64,000 nt of DNA from Candidatus Lutacidiplasma silvani. GTDB taxonomy: Archaea > Thermoplasmatota > Thermoplasmata > Lutacidiplasmatales > UBA184. This document shows positions 9,383-18,735 of the stretch, one piece after another; position 1 is the stretch's first letter, and each line of letters starts with the position of its first letter. The notes under the pieces were generated by a model. That model was not told where the DNA came from. It did not search any database and saw only the letters and a list, made by a program, of their open reading frames with translations. Position numbers and translations under genes: made by a program. The DNA is taken from positions 51,616-115,615 of the forward strand of contig JAKIVZ010000003.1 in NCBI GenBank assembly GCA_022750295.1, read 5' to 3'.

Positions 9383-10198
9383 CTACGGTCCCGCGCTCCG
9401 CCAGGTGACGACGAAGCTCGTGCCGTTCGGCGTCAGGGCGGTCGTCGTGGCCATCCACGTGGTCCCGGTCAGGGCCACCATGTTGAGCTTCTGGATCGAG
9501 CTCGCCGCGAACGAGCCGATGACACCGGTGGTCCCCGAGATCGTCGCCTCGCAGGTCGACCCGAGCCCCGTGTAGTCCTTGCCGAACTTCGCCTTCCCGA
9601 AATCGGCCAACGGGAGGACGGAGAGGAGGCTCGAGGGGGCCTCCGCGACCCACTCGGCGGAGGTCCGCTTCGCGTTCGTGACGGGGCTCGAGTGGGAGGC
9701 CGACTTGCCGGTGGTCGTGTCGGTGAGCGTGGTCGTGAATCCGACGGTGGCGTTGACGTAGGTGACCGAGGCCTTGATCAGGTCCCCCGGGTGGACGGGG
9801 ACGGTGGTCATCCGGACCGCCGCCGCCGGGTAGAACTCGTACCACGAGTAGTACGACGCCGTCCCGGGGTGGCAGTCGGCCTCGGTCCCGGTCTGCTCGA
9901 CCGTCGACGACGTGAACCCGTCGATGCCGACCCAGAACGACGAGTACTGCAGCAGCGAGCCCGCGCACGTCGCGTTCGGCTGGATCCACGACCCCTGGAC
10001 GAACGAGACGGAGTGGACCGGGCCGGTCACCGCGTAGCCGGCCCAGTTGTAGTTCGAGACGTTGGCCTGGAACGGTCCGGAGTGGAACAGGGCGCTCGAC
10101 GTTGGCGCGACCGGCGCGGACCCGGACGTCAGGGCCGCGGCGCCGGGGAGCACGAGGAGAGCGAGGACCACGGCCTGCGTCCATCCGGTACCTTGCAT
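9383..10198 (-). CDS. Secreted G1 family glutamic peptidase (eqolisin, peptidase A4)
   Basis: Signal peptide; NWAGY, WVGIDG, EQTGT (catalytic Q), WYEFYP, SAEWVAEAP (catalytic E). Confidence 0.88.
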   Translation of the reverse strand: MQGTGWTQAVVLALLVLPGAAALTSGSAPVAPTSSALFHSGPFQANVSNYNWAGYAVTGPVHSVSFVQGSWIQPNATCAGSLLQYSSFWVGIDGFTSSTVEQTGTEADCHPGTASYYSWYEFYPAAAVRMTTVPVHPGDLIKASVTYVNATVGFTTTLTDTTTGKSASHSSPVTNAKRTSAEWVAEAPSSLLSVLPLADFGKAKFGKDYTGLGSTCEATISGTTGVIGSFAASSIQKLNMVALTGTTWMATTTALTPNGTSFVVTWRSAGP

Positions 10199-10345
10199 CT
10201 CTCGGCCCACCTCGGAGCGGACAATGGCACTGACCGCTCATGACGTATGAATCCTCCCGGGCCGGCGCGCCGGAGCGGCGTCCGGCAAGACGTCGGCCGC
10301 CGGTCGAGCGCGCTCGGTAAGTAGCGCTCCCTCCCTCGTAGGAGC

Positions 10346-11500
10346 GTGCGGGCGACCGTCCCATGCGCGGCCGCCCTGGTCGTTCTTCTCCTCGTCCCGG
10401 TGGTCGCGGCGGCCGGCGGGCCGGGGCCGCTCCCCCCCCTGTCGCAGTGGCGGAACATCTCGCTCGTCAACATCCACGAGTACCCGGCCCCCCGGGCGTA
10501 CGCCGTCACCGCGTTCGATGCGTACGACGGCGTGGCGGTCGTCGTCGGGGGGCTCCTCGCCGACGGGCAGCCGTCGAACCAATCGTGGATCCAGGACGAC
10601 GGGGGATGGGAGAACGCGACCGTCTTCTTCGTCGGGCATGCGCCGTTCCTCTCCCACGCGGCGATGGCGCTCGACGTCGCCGACGACCTCGACGTGATGG
10701 TCGGCGGCCTCGGGCCCGGGAACGCCCCGAGCAACCTCACGTACGTCGAGCAGAACTTCAACTGGACGAACGCGACCCCGACGGCCGGTTTCCCCCCGCC
10801 CGCCGGGGACTCCGGCGTGATCGCGACCGACCCGGGGACCGGGGGCGCCGTCTGGGTCCCGGGCGCGGGCGTTGCCGGCGCGGGCCACACCGTGTGGCTC
10901 TTCCTCCACCGGCACTGGTCGACGGTCGCCGCCCCGGGGGGCCCGTCGGTCGACCTTGCCGGGGCCGCCTTCTTCGAGGACCCCCGGAGCGACACCGCGG
11001 TCCTCTACACGATCAACGCGAGCGGTGGTCCCCCGACGACCTGGCAGTACCGGAGCGGGAACTGGACGCTCGAGGCGACCGGCGGCCTCCCGTCGATGCT
11101 CGCGCCGGCGATGACGTACGACGCGACGATCGGCGACGTCCTTCTCGCCGGCCCCGTCGGGGGGTCGACCGACCTCTACGCGTTCGCGAACGGCACGTGG
11201 GAGAACCTGACCACGATCGCCGGGCCGGGCCCCTCGGCTCGCCTGGGGGCGGTCCTCCTGTTCGACCCGTCGGTCGACCAGGTCGTCTTCTACGGCGGCG
11301 CCCCCGCGAACGGCCCCGACGGCGCGCCCCCGCTGGGCGACACCTGGCAGTGGGGCGTCCTCGTCCCGCCCCCGAACCCGACGGTCACGGTCTCCCCCGT
11401 CCCCCCGCTCGACTGGCTCTTGGCCGCGGTCCTCCTCGCGGCGCCGCCGCTCGCCGTGCTCGCGACCCGCCGGGGACCGGGTCCCCCGGCCGTTCCGTAG
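10346..11500 (+). CDS. Secreted kelch/beta-propeller-like surface protein with C-terminal TM anchor
   Basis: Signal peptide, PSARLGAVLLFDP..VVFYGG, GDTWQW repeats, many N-x-S/T sequons, C-terminal hydrophobic helix. Confidence 0.7.
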   Translation: MRATVPCAAALVVLLLVPVVAAAGGPGPLPPLSQWRNISLVNIHEYPAPRAYAVTAFDAYDGVAVVVGGLLADGQPSNQSWIQDDGGWENATVFFVGHAPFLSHAAMALDVADDLDVMVGGLGPGNAPSNLTYVEQNFNWTNATPTAGFPPPAGDSGVIATDPGTGGAVWVPGAGVAGAGHTVWLFLHRHWSTVAAPGGPSVDLAGAAFFEDPRSDTAVLYTINASGGPPTTWQYRSGNWTLEATGGLPSMLAPAMTYDATIGDVLLAGPVGGSTDLYAFANGTWENLTTIAGPGPSARLGAVLLFDPSVDQVVFYGGAPANGPDGAPPLGDTWQWGVLVPPPNPTVTVSPVPPLDWLLAAVLLAAPPLAVLATRRGPGPPAVP

Positions 11501-11503
11501 CGC

Positions 11504-13150
11504 CTACGACCCGAGGAACGTGGTCGCCGGCGCGAACACGACGACGACCGCGAGCGCGGAGACGGTGACCGCGAGCACCGAGGCGGCGATCCGCCAGCCC
11601 GTGGGGGCGTCGAACGCCTCGAACAGGGCCCGGCGCGCCGACGAACCCGCCGGGAGCCGGGTCTGGAGCGAGGCGGACGCCTCCCGGGTCGCCGCCCAGA
11701 ACAGGCCGAGCGGGACGCCGGTCATCGCCGCGCCGAGGACCGCTCCGACCGCCGCCCCGGCTCCGAGGGCCAGCGACACGGCCACCACGACCCCGGCGGG
11801 AGCGATCGCGACGGCCCACCGAACCCGCCGGTCCGGGACGACCCCCGGGGGAGGGCGGCCAGCGGAGGCGACGACGAACGGGACGAGGGCGCCGAGGACG
11901 AGGCCGACGAGGATCCCCGGGACCCCGAGGGTGAGGTTCGCATCGACGACCTCGGCGGGGACCCCGGTGATCGAGGGGACGACGGCGGCGAGCGCGAAGA
12001 CCGTGGTGAGCGGGGCCCACGTCATCGCGACCGTGTCGAACGCTTCCGGGATGTGCCGCGGTCCTCCGCCCGGCCCGGTTCCGACCTGGAGCCCCCCGAG
12101 CCCGAGCGCGGCCCCGGTCGCGCCGACCCCGGCGAGGAGCAGCCCGAACGTCCCGTCGGGCGCGAAGGTGAGGATGGCGGCGACGGCGATGAGGGCGGAG
12201 CCGGCGATCGCGAGGATCATGACCCCCACCGCCTGGAGCCCGTTCGCGATCGACCCGATTGCGCCGAGGGCGACGCCGGCCCGCCCGATCGCGTCGGCCT
12301 GGCCCTTCTCGTACACCCCGAACCGCAGCGCGTAGAGCGTCGTCCCGGCCCCGAGCCAGCCGGCGGTCACGGCGAGCGCGATCCCGAGGTTCCAGTACCA
12401 CGTCACGACCGCGACGACGGCGATCCCGGCGGCGGCGATCCCCGCCGCCGCCACGCCCCAGTGGTACGGGCCGTGGATCCGGTCGACCGCGACGCCGATG
12501 GCCCCCGCGACCGTGGCCACGGCCCCGAACGCGAGCGGCATCAGGAGCGCGTCGGGCACGATCGACCGGAACACGGCCGCGGTGGGGACGAACGCCGTCG
12601 CGACCGCGAGGGTCGTGACGAATCCCACGAACCGGAGCCGGACGTTGAATCGGGACTCCGGCTCCCCGAGCAGGAGGACGAGCGCGGCGCCCGCGGCGAC
12701 GCCGAAGAGCCCGGCGGGCCCCGAGCCGGTCAGCAAGAGCACCGCCAGGAGGGCGAGGAGCGCCACGCCCGCCGCGCCGACTCCGCACCAGCTGCGGTCC
12801 GCGCGCAACTCCGATTCCGTGAGGCCCGGACCCTCCAGTTCGTAGCGCGGTTCGAGGACGACGACGAGGGCCGCGGCGACGAGGCCGATCGCGAGCCCCT
12901 GGTCGAACGGAACCCCGCGTCCCGCCCCGCCCTTCCAGCCGCCGATGACCAGGGCGAGGACGGCGACGACGCCCGCGGGAACGAGGGCGAGCGCGGCGGC
13001 CCGGAACCGGAGCGCCTCGTCCCGACGCGCGGGGTGGGCCAGACGCAGTGCGAGGGCGCCGCCGATCGCGCCCGCCCCGACGACGGCGACCAGCCCCTCG
13101 ATCCCGGCGAAATCGCCCGTCATCCGGTCGTCCGCCCCGACGAGGGACAC
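11504..13150 (-). CDS. Degenerate membrane-integral pyrophosphatase (HppA/mPPase) homologue lacking catalytic motifs
   Basis: TM segments align by eye with mPPase (GSIANGLQAVG; GTFGLLLAGVG; AFDTVAMT; LTLGVPGILVGLVLGALVPFVVAS; GAVLGAAMTGVPLGLFWAA) but the acidic catalytic motifs are absent. Confidence 0.65.
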   Translation of the reverse strand: MSLVGADDRMTGDFAGIEGLVAVVGAGAIGGALALRLAHPARRDEALRFRAAALALVPAGVVAVLALVIGGWKGGAGRGVPFDQGLAIGLVAAALVVVLEPRYELEGPGLTESELRADRSWCGVGAAGVALLALLAVLLLTGSGPAGLFGVAAGAALVLLLGEPESRFNVRLRFVGFVTTLAVATAFVPTAAVFRSIVPDALLMPLAFGAVATVAGAIGVAVDRIHGPYHWGVAAAGIAAAGIAVVAVVTWYWNLGIALAVTAGWLGAGTTLYALRFGVYEKGQADAIGRAGVALGAIGSIANGLQAVGVMILAIAGSALIAVAAILTFAPDGTFGLLLAGVGATGAALGLGGLQVGTGPGGGPRHIPEAFDTVAMTWAPLTTVFALAAVVPSITGVPAEVVDANLTLGVPGILVGLVLGALVPFVVASAGRPPPGVVPDRRVRWAVAIAPAGVVVAVSLALGAGAAVGAVLGAAMTGVPLGLFWAATREASASLQTRLPAGSSARRALFEAFDAPTGWRIAASVLAVTVSALAVVVVFAPATTFLGS

Positions 13151-13210
13151 CGCGCACGATAGACGCTTCGTTGGTTCGGCGGGGTCGGAGGCCGGGGTCC
13201 GGTCACGGTC

Positions 13211-14011
13211 CTACGGTTCCCGTAACGTCGCGAGGAGAACGTCCCGGATCGCCGTCGCGCGGCGTTCGTCCTCGAAGTACGTTCGCTGGATCGACGACCA
13301 CCGGGAGGTGGTGGTTGTCCATGGCCGGCCGTAGTCGACGTCCCAAAGGACCAGGGGTTCGGGCTCGGCGAGGCCGACCGTCAGCCGCCGCTCGCCGGCG
13401 AGGGCGGATCGGAACGTCGCTTCGGCGAGGTCCCCCGCGGCGACCGACCGGACCCCCGCGACGAGCTTGCGGACCATCCCCCAGACGAACGAACGCGCCG
13501 TGACCTCGAGCCGGAAGCCGCGGGATGCCGCGGTGACGTCGAACCGGTCGACGATCCGGATCGCCGGTCGGTCGGACGGGATTCCGCGCCCGAACGACCG
13601 CACGTCGATCCGCCCGACCACGGCCGAGGCCGCGGACCGGTACTCCGCGAGGGTCCCGACCGGTTCGACCTCGGCATACCGGTACGTCCGGGAGCGGGCG
13701 GCCCGGGGTCGGAACGATTCATCGACCGCGACGGCCGCGGAGAAGAACACCTCCGGCCGAACCGCGTTCAGCGCGCGGAGCAACGAAGCGGCCGGCCGAG
13801 GCGAGGTGACCGTCACGGCGTTCCCGCGCGCGCTCACCCCGCGGTCGGTTCGGCTGGCGACGTCGATCCGGGCGGCGTCGGCGCTTTCCGCGAGTCGGAA
13901 CCGCTCGATGCCGGCCCGGAGCTCCCCCTCGATCGTGCAGCGCCCCGGCTGCCGGGCCCAGCCGTGGAACGGCCGGCCGTCGTAGCCGAACCGGAGAAGC
14001 CAACGGGTCGT
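13211..14011 (-). CDS. truA: tRNA pseudouridine synthase A; start codon non-canonical or uncertain
   Basis: LRFGYDGRPFHGWARQP, ASRTDRGVSARGN (catalytic D), SRTYRY, SFVWGMVRKLV; the codon at the expected start is ACG (14011-14009). Confidence 0.85.
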   Translation of the reverse strand, partial: TTRWLLRFGYDGRPFHGWARQPGRCTIEGELRAGIERFRLAESADAARIDVASRTDRGVSARGNAVTVTSPRPAASLLRALNAVRPEVFFSAAVAVDESFRPRAARSRTYRYAEVEPVGTLAEYRSAASAVVGRIDVRSFGRGIPSDRPAIRIVDRFDVTAASRGFRLEVTARSFVWGMVRKLVAGVRSVAAGDLAEATFRSALAGERRLTVGLAEPEPLVLWDVDYGRPWTTTTSRWSSIQRTYFEDERRATAIRDVLLATLREP

Positions 14012-14033
14012 AGCGGGCCGACGGACGCCGTCC

Positions 14034-14681
14034 CTAAGACGGCTTGGCCCGGCCCTTCTTCTTGGGGGCGGGGGCCGGTGTCGGGGGCGCCGGGGCCGTT
14101 TCGGCCGCGGGAGCGGCCGGCGGCGTCTCGCCGGGCGGGCTCGCCGGGCGCTCGAGGAGGCGTCGGAACGTCTCGAAGTGGGGGATGAACCGGTCGGCCC
14201 TCCGTCGTTCCTCGAGCTCGCCGAGGGAGATCTCGAGGAGCGCCTTCGACCGGGGGTCCCCCTCCCGGGCCTTGACAAGATAGACGCAGAGAAGCTGGTA
14301 CTGGGGGAGGATGTACGCGTCGGTCCGGGGCGTGCTCATGTCGCCCTTCCGGGGCCGGTAGACCTTCTCGAGCGGGACCTTCTCGGCCACCGCCCGCCGG
14401 TGGGAGAACCCGAAGTACTTTCCCGGACCGACGACCCGCGTCACCTCCCGCACCGAGCCGTTGAACGCGTTCTGCAACCGGTCGGACTCGTGCCACAGCC
14501 ACAGCCCGAAGCCGAAGTCGCCCTCCTGGTAGGTCTCCCAAGCGCGCCCGTAGAGCACGGTCTCCTTCGCCTCCTCCGGAAGCGTCGGGTCGAGCTCGCT
14601 CCGCCAGTCGGAGACGAGGACGTCGACGCGCATCGTCGGGGAGAACGTCTTGAACGGCGGAACGCCGCCCGGCTCGGCCAT
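14034..14681 (-). CDS. Hypothetical protein
   Basis: Coding-like composition from MAEPGG; Pro/Lys-rich tail; lies between amidohydrolase and truA in the same orientation. Confidence 0.7.
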   Translation of the reverse strand: MAEPGGVPPFKTFSPTMRVDVLVSDWRSELDPTLPEEAKETVLYGRAWETYQEGDFGFGLWLWHESDRLQNAFNGSVREVTRVVGPGKYFGFSHRRAVAEKVPLEKVYRPRKGDMSTPRTDAYILPQYQLLCVYLVKAREGDPRSKALLEISLGELEERRRADRFIPHFETFRRLLERPASPPGETPPAAPAAETAPAPPTPAPAPKKKGRAKPS

Positions 14682-14706
14682 CGGCGGCCCGGACGGCCAA
14701 GGGCAC

Positions 14707-16248
14707 TTATCGTTCGCCGGAGCCCGGGCCGGCGGTCTGGGTGCCGTCCCGCCAGACCCGCCGGACGCGGCTCGACCCGGCGGAGGCGAGGGTGGGGAGG
14801 TCGGTCCCATGGCACTCAACGAGGTCGGCGACCCCGCCGACCTCGAGCGACCCGAGCCCGGGCCACCCCAGGACCGGTCCGGCGTTCTCCGTGTACATCC
14901 GGAGCGCCGACACGGCGTCGAGGGACTCGGGGGCCCGAGTCGCCCTCGGCGCGACCGCGGCGGCGATCCCCGCCCACGGGTCGAGCGATTCCACCGGCGC
15001 ATCGCTGGAGGCGGCCGGAGCGTGGCCGTGCGCGAGGTACGTCCGAAACGGGTACGTCCAGCGGGCGCGCCGGGGGCCGAGTCGTTCGACGATCCACGCA
15101 TCGCTCGGGACGAACCGCGGTTGGACCACGAGGTGGGGTCGAACCGCGTCGAGTCGCGCGAGAAGGTCCGGCGGGGCGAGGGAGGCGTGCTCGAGGCGGG
15201 GCCGGACCGTCGGCCGGAGCTTCGCGAACACCGCGAGCGTCGTCGCGAGCGCCCGGTCGCCGATCGCGTGGACCGCGAGGCCCGCCCCGAGCCCCTCGGC
15301 CTCGGACGCGATCTCCGTGAGCTCGTCCCGGGAGAGGAGCGGGAACCCGGATTCGTCCGCCCGGTCGCGATACGGCCGGCGGAGCCACGCGGTCCGGGGA
15401 CCGAACGCCCCGTCGCCGACGACCTTCAGACCGGCGAGACGGCTCGACGGGGTCGCCAGACGACGCCGGAGTCGGGGAAACTGGGCCCGCGCGTCGGCCC
15501 GCAGGTAGGCGACCAGCCGGACCGGGGGTCGACGGCGCCCGCGAACGAGACGGCCGAGCTCCTCGACCTCGGACGGGGAGGCGCTCATGGGAGCGAGGGT
15601 CGTCAGTCCCAGGGACGCCGCCCGGGCGAAAAGTTCCGGGAGGCCGAGACGCGAGTGGGCGAACGCCCGGTCGGCCCACGGCCGCAGCGGGCGGAGCGCG
15701 TTGTCGAACAGGAGGCCGTTCGGTCGTCGGTCCGGGGTGCGCCCGATCCGCCCCCCCGGCGGATCGGGCGTGGCCTCCCCGATGCCGACCTCGTCGAGGA
15801 CCGTGGCGCTGACGAGCGCGGCATGCCGACAGGCCCGGGTCAGGACCGTGGGCCGGTCCCCGACCCACCGTTCGACGTCGCGTGCGGTGGGGTAGCGACC
15901 GTCCCGGAGGCGGTCCTGGTCCCACCCGGCCCCGACGACCGGCCCATCGGGGTGGACGACGGCCCACGCGCGAACCCGACGGCCGAGTTCGCCGATCGAC
16001 CGGCTGCCGGTCAGGTCCACGCCCGCGAGGTCGCGCGCGATCTCCAGGACGTGCAGGTGGGCGTCCGTGAGGCCCGGGGTGACGATCCGGCCCCCGAGGT
16101 CGACCCGTTCCGTCCCGGTCGCGACGGACCGACGGACGGTCCGGAGGGCTCCGGCGGCCACCACGCGCCCTTCCTCGGCGGCGACCGCTTCGACGAACCG
16201 GCGGCCGGTGAAGATCCGGCCGTTCGACCAGAGCGTTCCCGCCGACAT
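14707..16248 (-). CDS. Amidohydrolase family 3 (YtcJ-like)
   Basis: VDLGGRIVTPGLTDAHLH, AVHAIGDRA, RLEHAS, SSDAPVE. Confidence 0.9.
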   Translation of the reverse strand: MSAGTLWSNGRIFTGRRFVEAVAAEEGRVVAAGALRTVRRSVATGTERVDLGGRIVTPGLTDAHLHVLEIARDLAGVDLTGSRSIGELGRRVRAWAVVHPDGPVVGAGWDQDRLRDGRYPTARDVERWVGDRPTVLTRACRHAALVSATVLDEVGIGEATPDPPGGRIGRTPDRRPNGLLFDNALRPLRPWADRAFAHSRLGLPELFARAASLGLTTLAPMSASPSEVEELGRLVRGRRRPPVRLVAYLRADARAQFPRLRRRLATPSSRLAGLKVVGDGAFGPRTAWLRRPYRDRADESGFPLLSRDELTEIASEAEGLGAGLAVHAIGDRALATTLAVFAKLRPTVRPRLEHASLAPPDLLARLDAVRPHLVVQPRFVPSDAWIVERLGPRRARWTYPFRTYLAHGHAPAASSDAPVESLDPWAGIAAAVAPRATRAPESLDAVSALRMYTENAGPVLGWPGLGSLEVGGVADLVECHGTDLPTLASAGSSRVRRVWRDGTQTAGPGSGER

Positions 16249-16267
16249 CGATCCCGAGGGGCCGCCT

Positions 16268-18676
16268 CTACGGCTCGGCCGGGGGCGTGCCGGTCGGAGG
16301 AGGCGATTCGGCCGGGGGGACCCCGACCGGGGCCGGACGCTGCCGGTACCGGACGAGGAGCGCCGTCGCCGCGGCGGCCACGATGATGAGGGCGCTCAGG
16401 ACCACCGGGTTGAGGAGGAATCCGGTCAGGAGGGAAACCGAGGGACCGATCGTCAGGTTGAGGGTCCGGGCCGCCGAGCCGCCGGCGCTGTCGTTCCACC
16501 AGGCGATGACGGTGTACGTTCCCGCGGAGGTGTACGAGTGCGTTCCATTGTGCCCGGTTCCGGACGAGCCGTCCCCGTAGGTCCAGACGAAGGACGCACC
16601 GCCGACCCCCCCGGTGGTCGCGGGAACGAACGTGACCGTGGTCCCCGCGGTCGGAAGGGAAGGGGTGGTCGCGACGCCGGTGATCACGGGGGTGGCGGCG
16701 ACGGAGACGTTCAAGGTGCCCGGGGCGGTGAACCCTCCGGCGTCGGCGACGGTCACCGAGACCGTTCGGACCACCGGCCCGGTGGTGAAGCTGTGGATGG
16801 GACCCGGACCGAACCCGGAGTCTCCGTCGCCGAATTGCCAGGTGAAGTTGTCCGGTGCGGTCCCGCCAACGACGTTCGCGAGCAGCGTCGTCGAGACGCC
16901 CGCGTCGGCGACGGCCCGACCCCCGACCGAGAACTCCGGGACAATCGTCACGGTCGGGTCCGGGGCGACGGTGACGTTCGTAACCGCCGAGCCGTGGAGG
17001 CCGAGCGCGTCGACGAGACTCGCGGTCACCGTGACGTTCCCGGGTAGGGAGAATGTGCGCGCAACGGAGGCGCCGTACTCGACCGAACCACTCCCGAACG
17101 ACCACGTGACATTGTACGGCGTCGTTCCCGTCCCCTCGACGGGGGCGGCGGTGAACACGTCCCGGACCCCGACGTCGACTCCGGGGTAGCTCACGGTGAT
17201 CGTGGCGGACGGGCCGCCGTGGACGAACAGCTGCAGGGAGTGGATGTTCGCCGACCCGTTCGGGTCGGTGAGGCCGATCGTGGCGTTGTAGACCCCGGCG
17301 GCCGCGAAGACGTGGACGCCATTCCCTGACGAGGCGACGTCCGACGTGCCATCGCCCCACAGGAACCGGAACGTCGGGTCGACCGACGCGACGGCGCTGG
17401 CGTTCAGGTACACCGACCGCCCCACTTCCTGGGGCGCGGGAGCGACTGCGACGTTGAGGTCCGGGAGGGCCGCGTAGACGAACGTCGCGTTCGTGGGCGC
17501 CCCGGAACCGGTCGCGCCCCCGAGCGAGATCGGGTCGGCCCCCGAGGTGTTCGAGGGAACGGCGGCCCCGACGAGCCCGGGCCCCGACCCGAAGAGAGGG
17601 CCGGTCCAGTTGCACGAGGACCCGGATCCCGAGCAGACGAGGGCGAACGTCGAGGTCGAGGGGACGCCGCCCGGCGTCGCCGATCCCCCGCTGAGGAGCA
17701 GCTCCTGGCGGGCGGGATCCCACGTGAGGGATCCGAGCGCGCGGGCCGGGGGCGCGACGCCTCCGATCGAAGCGGTGGCGTTCGACCATCCGCTCGCATT
17801 GTAGAGCCAAGTGTCCGATTGGGTGCAGTCGCTGCGCCCGCACTCGCCGGTGCCGCCGAACAGGACGTTCGCCCGGAGCACTGGGTCGTACGCCATCGCG
17901 GCGCCAAACCGCGCGGAGGGTCCGGAGATGTTCAGCGCGGCCCAAGTAGAGAGGTTCGCATCGAACTCCCAGCTCTCCCCCTCGAAGGTCGTGCAACTGG
18001 GGGTGGAAACGCACCCCCCGAAGAGAAGGGAGACGTTGGCCGCCGGGTCGTACGCGAGGCTCCCGTGGCTGAGCGCGGGCACGCAGTCGGAGGGGCCCCG
18101 GTCGCACTGGCTCGTGCTGTTGTGCCATCCGTCCGTACGGAACACCCAGGTATCGTTCCCGAGGACGTCGGAGCCCCCCGGTCCGGGTTCGGCGCCGCCG
18201 AACACGAGGACCGACCCGTTGGCGCTCTCCGGAGGGGTGGGCTCGAAGAACTCGCTCATCGCACCGGCCCGGGGCGGGGGAGCGAGCGATAGACCCGCGG
18301 AATCGTTCCGCCACGTGCCGTTTTGGAGAAGCCACGTCCCGTTCCCTGTGCAGCCAGCGTCCTGGCAGCCGCCGAACCAGACGAACTCCTGCAGGTTCCC
18401 GTCGTCCACCATGACGGCCCCGACGGCGGCCGGGGGAAGGTTGCCGAACTGCTCCGGAGTAACGTTCTGCCAGTCGATGGCCGCTGCGGCCGGCACCTGC
18501 CGAGGGGCGACCCCGGCACGGCACGCGTCGCACGGCACACCGGTAGTCAACGCGGCCGGCCCCGGAGCTCCGGTCCCCAGGCTCCCGAGTCCAAATGGAA
18601 GGGCAAGCAGAATCGCAAGGAGGACGACCGCCCAGCGACGGAGCGGCGTCGATCGAACCAGGTGGGCGGCGGCCAT
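16268..18676 (-). CDS. Secreted kelch-repeat + PKD-domain surface glycoprotein, C-terminal TM
   Basis: Signal peptide; FGG/DTW kelch repeats; WGDG/WQFGDG/WTYGDG PKD motifs; TM anchor. Confidence 0.85.
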   Translation of the reverse strand: MAAAHLVRSTPLRRWAVVLLAILLALPFGLGSLGTGAPGPAALTTGVPCDACRAGVAPRQVPAAAAIDWQNVTPEQFGNLPPAAVGAVMVDDGNLQEFVWFGGCQDAGCTGNGTWLLQNGTWRNDSAGLSLAPPPRAGAMSEFFEPTPPESANGSVLVFGGAEPGPGGSDVLGNDTWVFRTDGWHNSTSQCDRGPSDCVPALSHGSLAYDPAANVSLLFGGCVSTPSCTTFEGESWEFDANLSTWAALNISGPSARFGAAMAYDPVLRANVLFGGTGECGRSDCTQSDTWLYNASGWSNATASIGGVAPPARALGSLTWDPARQELLLSGGSATPGGVPSTSTFALVCSGSGSSCNWTGPLFGSGPGLVGAAVPSNTSGADPISLGGATGSGAPTNATFVYAALPDLNVAVAPAPQEVGRSVYLNASAVASVDPTFRFLWGDGTSDVASSGNGVHVFAAAGVYNATIGLTDPNGSANIHSLQLFVHGGPSATITVSYPGVDVGVRDVFTAAPVEGTGTTPYNVTWSFGSGSVEYGASVARTFSLPGNVTVTASLVDALGLHGSAVTNVTVAPDPTVTIVPEFSVGGRAVADAGVSTTLLANVVGGTAPDNFTWQFGDGDSGFGPGPIHSFTTGPVVRTVSVTVADAGGFTAPGTLNVSVAATPVITGVATTPSLPTAGTTVTFVPATTGGVGGASFVWTYGDGSSGTGHNGTHSYTSAGTYTVIAWWNDSAGGSAARTLNLTIGPSVSLLTGFLLNPVVLSALIIVAAAATALLVRYRQRPAPVGVPPAESPPPTGTPPAEP

Positions 18677-18735
18677 CCGCCGGCGGAGCGGACGGCCGCC
18701 TTAAATGGGTACGGCGGGGCAGTCCGAGCGCGCGC

